Position numbers and translations under genes: made by a program
Shown here: piece by piece, positions 18,262-27,131 of the stretch
Layout of the letters: every line of letters starts with the position of its first letter
How positions within the stretch are numbered: the first letter of the stretch is position 1
Notes under the pieces: model-generated
Told to the model about the DNA's origin: nothing
Seen by the model: the letters and a program-made list of their open reading frames with translations, nothing else
Databases searched by the model: none
Virus record (IMG/VR): IMGVR_UViG_3300045950_000203
Coordinates: 1 to 41,805 of that record
Origin: a virus
Direction: 5' to 3' (one strand)
Length of the DNA: 41,805 bases

Positions 18262-18961
18262 TGATATTCGTTTGATTCCTGCCGGAATTTTAGACGCTCA
18301 TTCTAAGGCACTTAATCAAATTCTTCATGAAAGAATTGATAAGTTTAGTTTAACTTTTGCTTTAACCTATCGGATTCGTTCGGTTCCCTCAGAAGTTCTA
18401 CCTTGGCTTGCGCACCAATTCAAGCTACTTGGTCCTAAAGGTTGGTGGATTATCGAACAAAAACAAAAGGAAATCGATCAATATAAGACACAACCGACAA
18501 CTCAAGGAGGACAAACGGTTACTGCTGAGCAGATTGCTCAACTTGAAAAAGATTTAGATACTGCAAAACGAGATTTAATTGAAGCAGCAGCAGAAATTAA
18601 CAATCATTTAGGAACTCCCTTTGCGATAAGACAAGCACTATCGCGAGGATTAGGGATTCCTTACGAAAACATAATTATTGTTGAAGATTTACCTTCTGCT
18701 TATTTTGATGGATTTTATGATTTTTCAGGAGAAATTGATTTTAGTGGTGGCCCCAAATTAGCGGCCTTTGCTGTTATCATCTATTTACCTTCAGAAAAAT
18801 GGACTTTTACAACTACTGAGCAGCAAAATATTATTATCGAGGTTATTTTAGCTCATAAACCTGGACGATCTTGGTTAGAGTGGGTTCAATTTATTCAACT
18901 AGATAGTGCAGGAAATCCGACTACAACTCAGCTAACCAAAACAGTCAATCGAGGTCAATGA
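18254..18961 (+). CDS. Baseplate/tail protein (P2 gpI-like).
   Basis: 235 aa after the J analogue. LPWLAHQF resembles the gpI family motif. Confidence 0.6.
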   Translation: MSNDIRLIPAGILDAHSKALNQILHERIDKFSLTFALTYRIRSVPSEVLPWLAHQFKLLGPKGWWIIEQKQKEIDQYKTQPTTQGGQTVTAEQIAQLEKDLDTAKRDLIEAAAEINNHLGTPFAIRQALSRGLGIPYENIIIVEDLPSAYFDGFYDFSGEIDFSGGPKLAAFAVIIYLPSEKWTFTTTEQQNIIIEVILAHKPGRSWLEWVQFIQLDSAGNPTTTQLTKTVNRGQ

Positions 18962-19836
18962 TGGCCGACATCAGTGAAGAATCTAAATGGCATGATGCAG
19001 TCTATCAATGGAGTAATCTAACCCGAGAGCAAGGCGGCGATCCCGTTCAAGGTGGTGCTCCTAGTTCATCAAGTCCACAGACTAAGATTGCGATTGCTAC
19101 ATGGCCCGTCAAACAACTTGTTGACCGAACCAAGTATCTTAAAGATCAATTAGGAACTCATACGCATCCTGGTTCTGGTACTACAGGAACCACGGTCGGT
19201 TATTTGAACAAGAAGCATCAGTTTCACTATAAAACCAGTGGAATGAAGGTCAAAGCTACGACAGGTTCTCGATTCTTAACAGTATATGAAGCAGACGACA
19301 TTCAGTTTGGTAAAGGAATCAACCAAGGAGTAGTTGACGGAATTTTAGTTACAATGCCAGATACAACTACTGCCGCCGAAGTTCCTAAAACAGTTGGGTT
19401 ACCTTCCACTGTATATTATTTGTATCTCGATAAAGATTCAAACAACAAATACAATTGGGCAATTACAAGTAGTGTTCCTGTTCAGTTTGCGATAGCGAAA
19501 GTAACTGTTCCTGGAAACGATAATACAAGCAATTTAGCGAATTCCACGATTGAGGCATATGGAGAGGGAACTAGAGGTCCCTTTTCTTTTAATACATGGA
19601 GTAATCCTACAATCGGAGAATCTTTTTCATTGCAACTACCTTCAGGATTTAAGCTTAAAACTAAGGCAGTTTTATTGCTTCGAGACAGTGTTCCTCTTCT
19701 AAATGAAGATCCTGGATTTTTCAAGTATAGTATTTCTCAAAGTGGTATAGATCCGAATGTTTATTTTCTAAATGCAACGATTCAAGCGAACCTCGATAAT
19801 ATCGATTTAGATGTTGTGCTATTTCCAGGGGAATAA
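18958..19836 (+). CDS. Tail fibre protein (short).
   Basis: The N-terminal WPVKQLVDRTKYLKDQL resembles the conserved fibre N-terminal (L)A(N)RT.YLK motif. It lies after the baseplate genes. Confidence 0.6.
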   Translation: MMADISEESKWHDAVYQWSNLTREQGGDPVQGGAPSSSSPQTKIAIATWPVKQLVDRTKYLKDQLGTHTHPGSGTTGTTVGYLNKKHQFHYKTSGMKVKATTGSRFLTVYEADDIQFGKGINQGVVDGILVTMPDTTTAAEVPKTVGLPSTVYYLYLDKDSNNKYNWAITSSVPVQFAIAKVTVPGNDNTSNLANSTIEAYGEGTRGPFSFNTWSNPTIGESFSLQLPSGFKLKTKAVLLLRDSVPLLNEDPGFFKYSISQSGIDPNVYFLNATIQANLDNIDLDVVLFPGE

Positions 19837-19839
19837 ATT

Positions 19840-21234
19840 ATGGCTATTCCTGATTTTTGGTCTAAAAGTGATGTAGATAAGTATCGGCAGAATGCCGAAA
19901 TGCTCTCAGGAGGAAAGTGCACAATTATCTATGATGCCTATGGGTATCCGAATGTTATGGTTCGGATTCCGGCTTACCGAATTCAGACCGTAGATAATTC
20001 ACTTACTCCTAATCAGACAGGTCAAGCGAATACTTTTCCAGGTTTGCATCCAGCATTTATCGTTAAAGGTAAAGAGGTTCGGGAAATTTATGTTTCAAAA
20101 TATTTGAATACTTTAGTTTCAGCAGGTCAAGAAGTACCTACAGAAGGAAAAGCAATCGCGGCTGGAATTCCTGTTTCTTGGCCTTTTCAAAGACCCTGGA
20201 CTTTCGATTTAGGAGGGTCGCCTTTTTACAATGACTTGGTTACAGCATGTCGTAAAAAGGGACCTGGTTGGAGTTGCATGACTAACGCAACTTGGAGTGC
20301 CATTGCTTTTCTTGCTTATCGCTTTGTAGCGGATGGAAGAAGAACATGGCCGGGAGGTAACGGTTATTGGGGTCAGCAGTCTAAAACAGGGCAGTTTGCT
20401 CCTTATGAGACTGCCGTTCGAGTAGACCGGTTGGGACAGCCTGGAATTGAGGATACAAATGGATTTTGGTATACCGATTTAAACTATAATCCTCGAACTG
20501 TAGCGGCTCAAGTGCCATTTTTAGGTATCACTCGAACTGGATCGGGACCTTTAGAATGGAGTCATGATGGCTCTCCCTATGGAATCGACGATTTATCTGG
20601 CAACGTTGCTGAAATTTGTCTGGGGTTAAAACTTGAAGGAGGGGTCATACAAGTCATAAAAAATAATGATTGTGTTCATCCAGATACGGATGTATCTGAA
20701 GCGAGCACAGAATGGAAGGCGATTGGAACAGATCAAGAGGGAGTACTATTAGATCCAGCTTCAGGAACTCCAAGATGTGTGTTTGACGCTTTTTCAGTTG
20801 GAGATGGAACCTATAAGGCATTTTTATCGAATGGAGTTGCAACGCCCCTATCAAGTACCAGTTTTACCTATAATAAATTCTGGGATTTAAAGAATCTTTA
20901 CAATACAAATGTCTGGTCAACATTAGCTAGTATTCCGAAATTGCTTCGAGTTTTAGGAATATTTCCGGTAATAATTCCTTCCAATACAACGAATTTAGCA
21001 GGAGTCCAAAATTTCGGGTTAGGAAGTGGTCCTTATATTTCGATTGCTAATCAAGACAGAAGAATTTGTATTCGTGGAGGGCATTGGAAAAATCGGTCTG
21101 AAGATAATGGTTTATTCGCGTTGAATTTATCGAATTTATTCACTCATACAACAGGGGATAATGATCCTAATGTTGTGGGTTCAGGAACCCCTTATGGAAC
21201 TCTGGGATTTAGGACGGTTTACATTCCGATATGA
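19840..21234 (+). CDS. Receptor-binding/tail fibre protein with an FGE-sulfatase/C-type-lectin-like C-terminal domain.
   Basis: LSGNVAEICLG and RGGHWKNRSEDNGLFALNL...LGFR resemble the GNVWEW and RGGSW...GFR motifs of the FGE/CLec fold. Confidence 0.5.
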   Translation: MAIPDFWSKSDVDKYRQNAEMLSGGKCTIIYDAYGYPNVMVRIPAYRIQTVDNSLTPNQTGQANTFPGLHPAFIVKGKEVREIYVSKYLNTLVSAGQEVPTEGKAIAAGIPVSWPFQRPWTFDLGGSPFYNDLVTACRKKGPGWSCMTNATWSAIAFLAYRFVADGRRTWPGGNGYWGQQSKTGQFAPYETAVRVDRLGQPGIEDTNGFWYTDLNYNPRTVAAQVPFLGITRTGSGPLEWSHDGSPYGIDDLSGNVAEICLGLKLEGGVIQVIKNNDCVHPDTDVSEASTEWKAIGTDQEGVLLDPASGTPRCVFDAFSVGDGTYKAFLSNGVATPLSSTSFTYNKFWDLKNLYNTNVWSTLASIPKLLRVLGIFPVIIPSNTTNLAGVQNFGLGSGPYISIANQDRRICIRGGHWKNRSEDNGLFALNLSNLFTHTTGDNDPNVVGSGTPYGTLGFRTVYIPI

Positions 21235-21539
21235 CAAATATCACTGAAAAAAACTTTGGGACTTTTATTTTAAAAGGTTCAACTTTTCTATTCCTTTATA
21301 GTCCGCGAGTTTTAAACTCTCTGTTTATCGAGAAAGATTTAAAAGATCTTGAGAAGATTTATACACAGTTTAATTTTGGTCGAGTGAACATAGATCAAGA
21401 GCGCGCGTTAGCTATCAAGTTACAACTTACAGTGGTGCCTGCCTTTTATCTTTTTAAGAACAATGGTATTTTGGTTGATTCTCGAAGTGGAGTTTTACAG
21501 AGATCCCAACTTGAAGCTTTTATTAAGGGTCATATCTAA
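21231..21539 (+). CDS. Thioredoxin-fold protein lacking the CxxC active site.
   Basis: 102 aa. ITEKNF...FLFLYSPRVLNS (where Trx has WCGPCK) ...VVPAFYLFKNNG...QLEAFI follows the Trx fold order with no cysteines at the active-site position. Confidence 0.55.
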   Translation: MTNITEKNFGTFILKGSTFLFLYSPRVLNSLFIEKDLKDLEKIYTQFNFGRVNIDQERALAIKLQLTVVPAFYLFKNNGILVDSRSGVLQRSQLEAFIKGHI

Positions 21540-21553
21540 ACTACAATCGACGA

Positions 21554-21582
21554 TTGACAATCAGATAAGGAGAAAGTATATT
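21554..21582 (+). promoter_or_regulatory. sigma70-type promoter.
   Basis: TTGACA 21554-59, 17-nt spacer, TATATT 21577-82. Confidence 0.6.
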
Positions 21583-21652
21583 AAAAGAAGAGATTGTCGA
21601 TCGTAGCTCATTTCTAAAACGCAACTTATTGAAAAATAAAGAGAACCGAAAA

Positions 21653-22474
21653 ATGAATACCATAGAGCATGTTTTATCTGTGGATGATAAGCTATTTCGT
21701 CGAGAAACAGGAGCATGGGGGAAACGAATTTATGTCGATGAAGCGGGAAGAGAGTATGCAAACATCACAGGAATTTTGAAGGTGATTCCTAACCCGGCAT
21801 TATCGAATTGGAAAGCTAAAAATGAGAAAAATGCTTGCTGGAAAGCAGCGTGGAAAGTTTCTCAAAATTCTCATGTTGAAACTGAAGAGCAATTTTTTCA
21901 GCATTGCGAATCTGAATTTAAGAAAGAAAATATAGAACAAGAAGGGCAAAATGCAGCGACAATCGGTTTTATGATTCATGAAACAATCGAGCAAGAAATT
22001 CAGATCATGATGAGTCGGCAACTTGAGCTTCTAATTCAAACGCCTTCGTTGTTATCGGAGATTGATATAGCTTTAGATCACTTCCGAGAATTTGTAAAAA
22101 CTTTCAAACTTGATTTTATTTGTGCAGAGAGAGTTGTTTATTCAGAGAGGCAGCCTCGATTTGCCGGAACCATTGATGCAATAGCAAACATAAATGGAAT
22201 TGCTACACTCATAGACTGGAAAACGAGTAAGGCAATTTATCCTGAGTATTGGATTCAACTTGCGGCTTACCATAAAGCCTTTTTTAGGACCACGATGGTT
22301 GAACTGCCTCAAGTAGCGGTTGTCCTTATTCCTAAAGTTTCCTCTAAAGTCCCAGAAATTCAAATCTTAAAGGCTCACAGTTTAGAGAGATATTATCGAA
22401 CTTTTGAAGCGGCCTTTGAACTTTATCTATGGCAGAATTCCGACTTCTCTAGTTTAGCTCCTCATAGCACTTGA
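21653..22474 (+). CDS. PD-(D/E)xK (RecB/Cas4-like) exonuclease.
   Basis: GTIDAIANINGIATLIDWKTSK (D...DxK) and QLAAY motifs are present. The ORF track starts at TTG 21629, but ATG 21653 is more plausible. Confidence 0.65.
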   Translation: MNTIEHVLSVDDKLFRRETGAWGKRIYVDEAGREYANITGILKVIPNPALSNWKAKNEKNACWKAAWKVSQNSHVETEEQFFQHCESEFKKENIEQEGQNAATIGFMIHETIEQEIQIMMSRQLELLIQTPSLLSEIDIALDHFREFVKTFKLDFICAERVVYSERQPRFAGTIDAIANINGIATLIDWKTSKAIYPEYWIQLAAYHKAFFRTTMVELPQVAVVLIPKVSSKVPEIQILKAHSLERYYRTFEAAFELYLWQNSDFSSLAPHST

Positions 22475-22499
22475 CTTGTATTACAATTTGTAATATGAT
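22471..22499 (+). promoter_or_regulatory. sigma70-type promoter with an embedded TTGTATTACAA dyad.
   Basis: TTGACT 22471-76, 17-nt spacer containing TTGTATTACAA (22476-86), TATGAT 22494-99. Confidence 0.65.
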
Positions 22500-22522
22500 G
22501 GTATTCTATTTTGGAGGTAAAC

Positions 22523-25219
22523 ATGTCTATGCTCGAAGCTGCTCTATTCTATCTTGGCTGTGGTATTTCGATCATTCCTTGTCAGTATAAAGAAAAGCAT
22601 CCTCTTCTTACCTGGAATTCTTATCGTGAGAGATTTCCTACAAAGGAAGAGTTAAAAAAATGGTTTCCTAAAAAGATCGAGAGAAATTTAGCTGCGATTA
22701 TGGGGAAAATCTCGGGAAACATGGAGGCCCTTGATATTGATGAAAAACATGAAGAAAATTTATCTCAGGAGTTTTTAAAGCGAGCTTCGGAATATGGACT
22801 TGATGAACTCATTGAGCGAATTCCTAGACAAAGAACTCCTACAGGGGGATTCCATTTAGTTTACCGCTGCAATACGATTGCTGGATCACAGAAGCTTGCA
22901 TTAAACGAGAAAAAAGAGGTCATCATCGAGACCCGAGGAGAAGGAGGATATATCATCATTTCTCCTTCCTTCGAATATAAATGGGAAAACAAAGAGCTAC
23001 TTCATGCAATTCCAACGATAACAGAAGAAGAACGGGATTCTTTGCTCTCTTTAGCTCGCAGTTTTAATAAGTTATCTTCAAACTATAATCCCCCCATTCC
23101 AGAGCAACAAAAAGCCGGTCCCGGAACAGTTTTCAATGAGAAAGGAAACTGGAAGGACATCCTTGAATCGCACGGATGGACTTTCGTTTTTAAGAGAAAG
23201 GGAATAGAATATCTTCGGCGACCAGGAAAGGATAGAGGAATTTCAGCTACTATTAACTATGATGGAAAAAATCTACTCCATGTGTTTTCCACCAATGCCT
23301 TTCCATTTGAGAACAAAAACTACAATAAATTCGCTGCTTATACTCTTCTAAACTTTCAGGGAAACTTTTCCAATGCGGCTAAAGATCTTTTTCAGAAGGG
23401 ATATATTCCCGATAAACCCTCGAAGCTTCGATTAGTTAATGAATCCGAAGATTTTCGTCAAATCAAAGATTTTATCAAGGATGCTCCTGAAGAGGATTTA
23501 TATTGTCCTTCAAACTGGAAAATTCAAGAAGGTGGAATTTTCCGAGAAGAAATTTCGATCGATGCCACAGGAGCTAAATCAATTCAATCACAAAGAATCT
23601 GCTTTCTTCCAGTCTATATCACCAAACGAATTTATGACATCGACACAAATGAAGAGAAAGTAGAAATTTCCTGGTATAAAGACGACTTATGGCATCAACA
23701 AGTTATCTCTCGATTAACTCTAGCTTCTAGCAATTCGATTATTTCTCTATCAAATCTTGGAATTCCGATTAACTCAAATAACGCCAAGATGATGATTAAA
23801 TTCTTTGAGGCTTTTGAATGTCTCAATTTAGATCAAATTCCAATAAAGCGTGCAACTGGCATTTTTGGGTGGCATGGATCTAATCTATTTATGTGGGGAA
23901 ATCAACTCATTGAAAAGAGTCATATCTGGATGGAAGATCCACCCTTGATTTTTTCAGGTAAAGATGCAGGAGAAGAGCAAGTCGCTAAGGCACTATATCT
24001 GCATGGAACCTTTGAAGAATGGTCCACCGTTTTAGAATTGATTCAGAACTATCCGCGGGTTATCTTTGGTCTTTACGCCTCCTTGGCTCCTCCCTTGATA
24101 AAAATTCTGAAAGCTCCTAATTTTGTGGTCAACTGGAGCTACATTACTTCGGCTGGTAAGACTTCACTCTTACGGCTTGCTGCTTCCGTTTGGGGCAACC
24201 CAGATGAAAAGTCGGCAGCTAGTCTCATAAAGTCATGGGATACTACTCGAATCGGACTAGAGAGAACGGCAACATTGCTAAACGATCTTCCGATTTTTTT
24301 AGATGATACCAAGCAAGTTCCTAGTTCCGAGCTTCTATCCTCTACTATCTACAAAATTTCAGCCGGAATTGGAAGAATTCGAGGTTCACCCAAGGGCACT
24401 CAAGTTATGGGAACTTGGAACTCGATCCTCCTGACTAACGGTGAATATCCTATAAACTCTAATAGCTCAGATGGAGGAGCCTTTGTGCGAACTATCGAAA
24501 TGTGGGGAAATCCTTGGGAAGAATCTAATAGATATATCGCAAAACTGATCGATACTATCTGGACAACTATATCTCGAAATTACGGGCACTTAGGTCCTAT
24601 ATTCATTCAGATTTTGATGAAACTTGAACCACAATGGAAAGAGTTAAAAAATATTTATGAAAAATCGATAACCAAGTTTTTAGCGATTGAAACAAACTCA
24701 CCGGCTGAATTCCGAATGGCAGCCTATTTTGCTTTACTAGACGTAACCGCAGCATTAGCCGATGCCCATTTTAAATTCCCCTGGAGTGGAGAGAAAGTAT
24801 TGGAGAAACTATGGAAACAGGTGGCAAAGGATACTGCCTATGCTGCCGACAAAGCTCAAGAATTCTTAGTTCAAACTCTCGAATGGGCTCACATTCATGA
24901 ATCGGAATTTTATGAACGCGCTCGCCTCGATAGTAAAGGAAATCCTATACCTCCTGTAAATGGATGGTTAGGTAGTTGGGAAAGGGACAACAAAAATAAC
25001 GGGTTCAGATGGGAATTTATCGGAATATTTCCTAACCGATTAAAAGCCTTTATCACTAGCTTAGGTGGAAACTATAACGCAACCATAAAAATCTGGAAAG
25101 AACGAGGATGGCTACTCGAAGATGAAATTCGCCATTTTCGTAAACAGATTAGAATCGGAAATGAACGATGGGATGTATTAGCGATTCCTCGTAACAAAAT
25201 CGAGGAAATAAGAGGATAA
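22523..25219 (+). CDS. Primase-polymerase (PrimPol N-domain) fused to a DUF927/SF3-type helicase.
   Basis: ALFYLGCGISIIPCQ, LDIDEKH and TPTGGFHLVY are prim-pol motifs. TSAGKTS is a Walker A and PIFLDD a Walker B. GGAGG lies 5 nt before ATG 22523, and the track's TTG 22511 overlaps this SD. Confidence 0.75.
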   Translation: MSMLEAALFYLGCGISIIPCQYKEKHPLLTWNSYRERFPTKEELKKWFPKKIERNLAAIMGKISGNMEALDIDEKHEENLSQEFLKRASEYGLDELIERIPRQRTPTGGFHLVYRCNTIAGSQKLALNEKKEVIIETRGEGGYIIISPSFEYKWENKELLHAIPTITEEERDSLLSLARSFNKLSSNYNPPIPEQQKAGPGTVFNEKGNWKDILESHGWTFVFKRKGIEYLRRPGKDRGISATINYDGKNLLHVFSTNAFPFENKNYNKFAAYTLLNFQGNFSNAAKDLFQKGYIPDKPSKLRLVNESEDFRQIKDFIKDAPEEDLYCPSNWKIQEGGIFREEISIDATGAKSIQSQRICFLPVYITKRIYDIDTNEEKVEISWYKDDLWHQQVISRLTLASSNSIISLSNLGIPINSNNAKMMIKFFEAFECLNLDQIPIKRATGIFGWHGSNLFMWGNQLIEKSHIWMEDPPLIFSGKDAGEEQVAKALYLHGTFEEWSTVLELIQNYPRVIFGLYASLAPPLIKILKAPNFVVNWSYITSAGKTSLLRLAASVWGNPDEKSAASLIKSWDTTRIGLERTATLLNDLPIFLDDTKQVPSSELLSSTIYKISAGIGRIRGSPKGTQVMGTWNSILLTNGEYPINSNSSDGGAFVRTIEMWGNPWEESNRYIAKLIDTIWTTISRNYGHLGPIFIQILMKLEPQWKELKNIYEKSITKFLAIETNSPAEFRMAAYFALLDVTAALADAHFKFPWSGEKVLEKLWKQVAKDTAYAADKAQEFLVQTLEWAHIHESEFYERARLDSKGNPIPPVNGWLGSWERDNKNNGFRWEFIGIFPNRLKAFITSLGGNYNATIKIWKERGWLLEDEIRHFRKQIRIGNERWDVLAIPRNKIEEIRG

Positions 25220-25223
25220 AATC

Positions 25224-25430
25224 ATGCCAGTTAAAGTCGAAAAGAAAGGTGATAAATACCGCGTAGTTGAAGCTAAAACAGGAAAAGTTGCCAAAAATAA
25301 GGGGGGCACAGCCCTCGACGGAGGCGGCTACTCTTCCAAAGCCAAAGCAGTCAAACAAGCTCAAGCAGTCAACATGTCGATGGAGCGAAAAAAAGGAAAC
25401 AAAAAGATTCCACCTCCTTCTAAAAATTGA
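25224..25430 (+). CDS. Small basic hypothetical protein.
   Basis: 68 aa with an AGAGGA SD, chosen over the overlapping frame 25267..25476. Confidence 0.45.
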   Translation: MPVKVEKKGDKYRVVEAKTGKVAKNKGGTALDGGGYSSKAKAVKQAQAVNMSMERKKGNKKIPPPSKN

Positions 25431-25455
25431 TCTTTCTGCAAAAAAAATATATAAT
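25427..25455 (+). promoter_or_regulatory. sigma70-type promoter upstream of the receiver gene.
   Basis: TTGATC 25427-32, 17-nt spacer, TATAAT 25450-55. Confidence 0.6.
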
Positions 25456-25461
25456 CACTCT

Positions 25462-25575
25462 CAGAATAATTTCTGAATGGGAATCTCCTTTGTTATCCTT
25501 ATCTACAAAGAGCATAGACCAAAAAAGATCGACAGTCTTTTAAACTATCCTAAAATTCCCATTCAGAAAATTCTC
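25462..25575 (+). repeat. Long-range inverted repeat in the receiver-gene leader.
   Basis: TTCTGAATGGGAAT (25471-84) is the exact reverse complement of ATTCCCATTCAGAA (25555-68). The arms extend imperfectly to about 22 nt and the spacer is about 70 nt. Confidence 0.8.
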
Positions 25576-25589
25576 TCTCCAAAACAAAC

Positions 25590-25976
25590 ATGAAAGCCTT
25601 TATTATCGAAGATGATATAAACTTCGCTAACTCTCTAGCAGAGAAACTAGGCAAACTCAGCTTTCAAATTGAAATCTTCGATTCTAGCGAAAAAGCAGAA
25701 GATGCTTTGTCTAATGAAATCCCAGATTTAATCACTCTTGATATAGGTCTTCCTGGAAAATCCGGTCTTGAACTTTTAAAATCTATTCGAGAAAATCCTA
25801 GAACTGAAAATATTTATGTTATCATTATCACTTGTATGGAATCTCAAATCCTTCGGATTATCGCTAAAGAATTGGGCGTTACCAGTTTCCTCTTGAAACC
25901 CTCTCTTTCCACTTGTTTAGATCTTGAAAAAACTATAAAATATCTATATGGACTCCGAGACGAACAAACTTCTTGA
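25590..25976 (+). CDS. Stand-alone CheY-like response-regulator receiver domain.
   Basis: All canonical residues are present: IIEDD (acidic pair), ITLDIGLPG (phospho-acceptor Asp), IIITC (Thr), LLKP (Lys). There is no output domain. Confidence 0.8.
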   Translation: MKAFIIEDDINFANSLAEKLGKLSFQIEIFDSSEKAEDALSNEIPDLITLDIGLPGKSGLELLKSIRENPRTENIYVIIITCMESQILRIIAKELGVTSFLLKPSLSTCLDLEKTIKYLYGLRDEQTS

Positions 25977-26268
25977 AAATATCCTTAACAAACTTAGCTT
26001 CGTAGATCGCTCCTCCGAGCTGCTTACTGAACATGCCCTCTCTCTTGCTAAACTTACGATGGAAATCGAAGCTATCAAACGACAACTAGCCCATTTTGAA
26101 ACAAATCAAGAAAAACTCTCTCCCGATCGCCGACTCTCCGCCCTAGAAGCAAAAGCCGAACTCCAAAAAACCCGTGAAACTGGAAAATGGCAACTCGCTG
26201 CTTCCCTCATTACCGGCCTCGTTGCTTTTATTACCGCCCTACTTGCCTATCTCAAAAACTCTCCTTGA
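25948..26268 (+). CDS. Coiled-coil protein with a C-terminal transmembrane anchor.
   Basis: 106 aa, overlapping the receiver gene by 29 nt. Heptad-like helices are followed by WQLAASLITGLVAFITALLAYL. Confidence 0.5.
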   Translation: MDSETNKLLENILNKLSFVDRSSELLTEHALSLAKLTMEIEAIKRQLAHFETNQEKLSPDRRLSALEAKAELQKTRETGKWQLAASLITGLVAFITALLAYLKNSP

Positions 26269-26293
26269 CTTAACCCATAAATTATTCTATCCT
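26265..26293 (+). promoter_or_regulatory. Possible sigma70-type promoter.
   Basis: TTGACT 26265-70, 17-nt spacer, TATCCT 26288-93. Confidence 0.4.
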
Positions 26294-26324
26294 ATAAAAC
26301 ACAAACAGAAAACTCCTCCTATTC

Positions 26325-26888
26325 ATGGAGACGGTTCTTTCTCCGCTACCAACTTCGGTAGCTTCTTTTTCTAATATGATAGTCATCTCCAATTCTCAAA
26401 AATCCATAACCCTAAAATTCCAAGGAGAAGATATTCTCGAAAGGGCCCTTCAACAATATATCCAAAACGTCAAAACCCGAAAATCTGCGATGAAAGCCGC
26501 TTCCCACATCCTCTATCTAGCCTCTAAAACCCAATTCAAAAAGGAGGGCGAACCTAAATGGCTCCCCCTTAAACCTTCTACCCTCAAAACCCGCAAAAAA
26601 CGAGGCTACAAACCAGGCCCCATCCTCCAACGCTCCAAAACCCTCATCCGCTCCATCCTCAAAGCCTGGGATAACAACTCCGCCTCCATCTATACAACCA
26701 CCTCCTACGCTCCATTCCATCAATTCGGAGCTAAAAAGTCAACTAGAAAATCCTCAACCCTAGCTAAAATCAGAAAAATCCTCTCCTCCCATCGATCTCT
26801 CCCCCCCCGCCCCTTCTTTAACCTCACCCCCACCGATGTCCAAAAACTTATCAAAACCTTCGTCGATCACCTTACCAAAAAAAAATAA
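26325..26888 (+). CDS. Virion morphogenesis protein (Mu gpG/P2 gpS-like family).
   Basis: KWLPLKPSTLKTRKKRGYKPGPILQRSKTLIRSI...YAPFHQFG...LPPRPFFNLTPTD matches the family pattern. The start is uncertain (ATG 26376 is possible). Codons are strongly C-ending. Confidence 0.6.
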   Translation: METVLSPLPTSVASFSNMIVISNSQKSITLKFQGEDILERALQQYIQNVKTRKSAMKAASHILYLASKTQFKKEGEPKWLPLKPSTLKTRKKRGYKPGPILQRSKTLIRSILKAWDNNSASIYTTTSYAPFHQFGAKKSTRKSSTLAKIRKILSSHRSLPPRPFFNLTPTDVQKLIKTFVDHLTKKK

Positions 26889-26963
26889 CCCTTGCATAAA
26901 ACATAAAAATCCGATAAAATACGAATCAGTTACCAAAGCAAGTACATACTTTGTATCTCCATC

Positions 26964-26987
26964 CCCGCTATAAAGCGGGTTCTTTTT
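26964..26987 (+). terminator. Possible intrinsic terminator.
   Basis: CCCGC-tataaa-GCGGG followed by TTCTTTTT. Confidence 0.45.
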
Positions 26988-26999
26988 GAGGAAATAACC

Positions 27000-27131
27000 A
27001 TGCCGAAAACAATCGTCGATACCTTCGATGTAATCTTTGAAAACCTAGAAAAATCCCCTCCTCCAGAATCAGAAGAAACCGAAAAAGAGGAAGAGGAAGA
27101 AGAATCAGAAGAAACCGAGGAAGAAGACTAA
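27000..27131 (+). CDS. Small highly acidic protein (43 aa, below the ORF-track cut-off).
   Basis: A GAGGAA SD precedes MPKTIVDTFDVIFENLEKSPPPESEETEKEEEEEESEETEEED*. The TAATG stop overlaps the next start. Confidence 0.5.
   Translation: MPKTIVDTFDVIFENLEKSPPPESEETEKEEEEEESEETEEED

Noticed and set aside
19840-21234. A complete diversity-generating retroelement.
   Set aside because: No reverse transcriptase ORF and no template-repeat copy are visible anywhere in the 41.7-kb genome.
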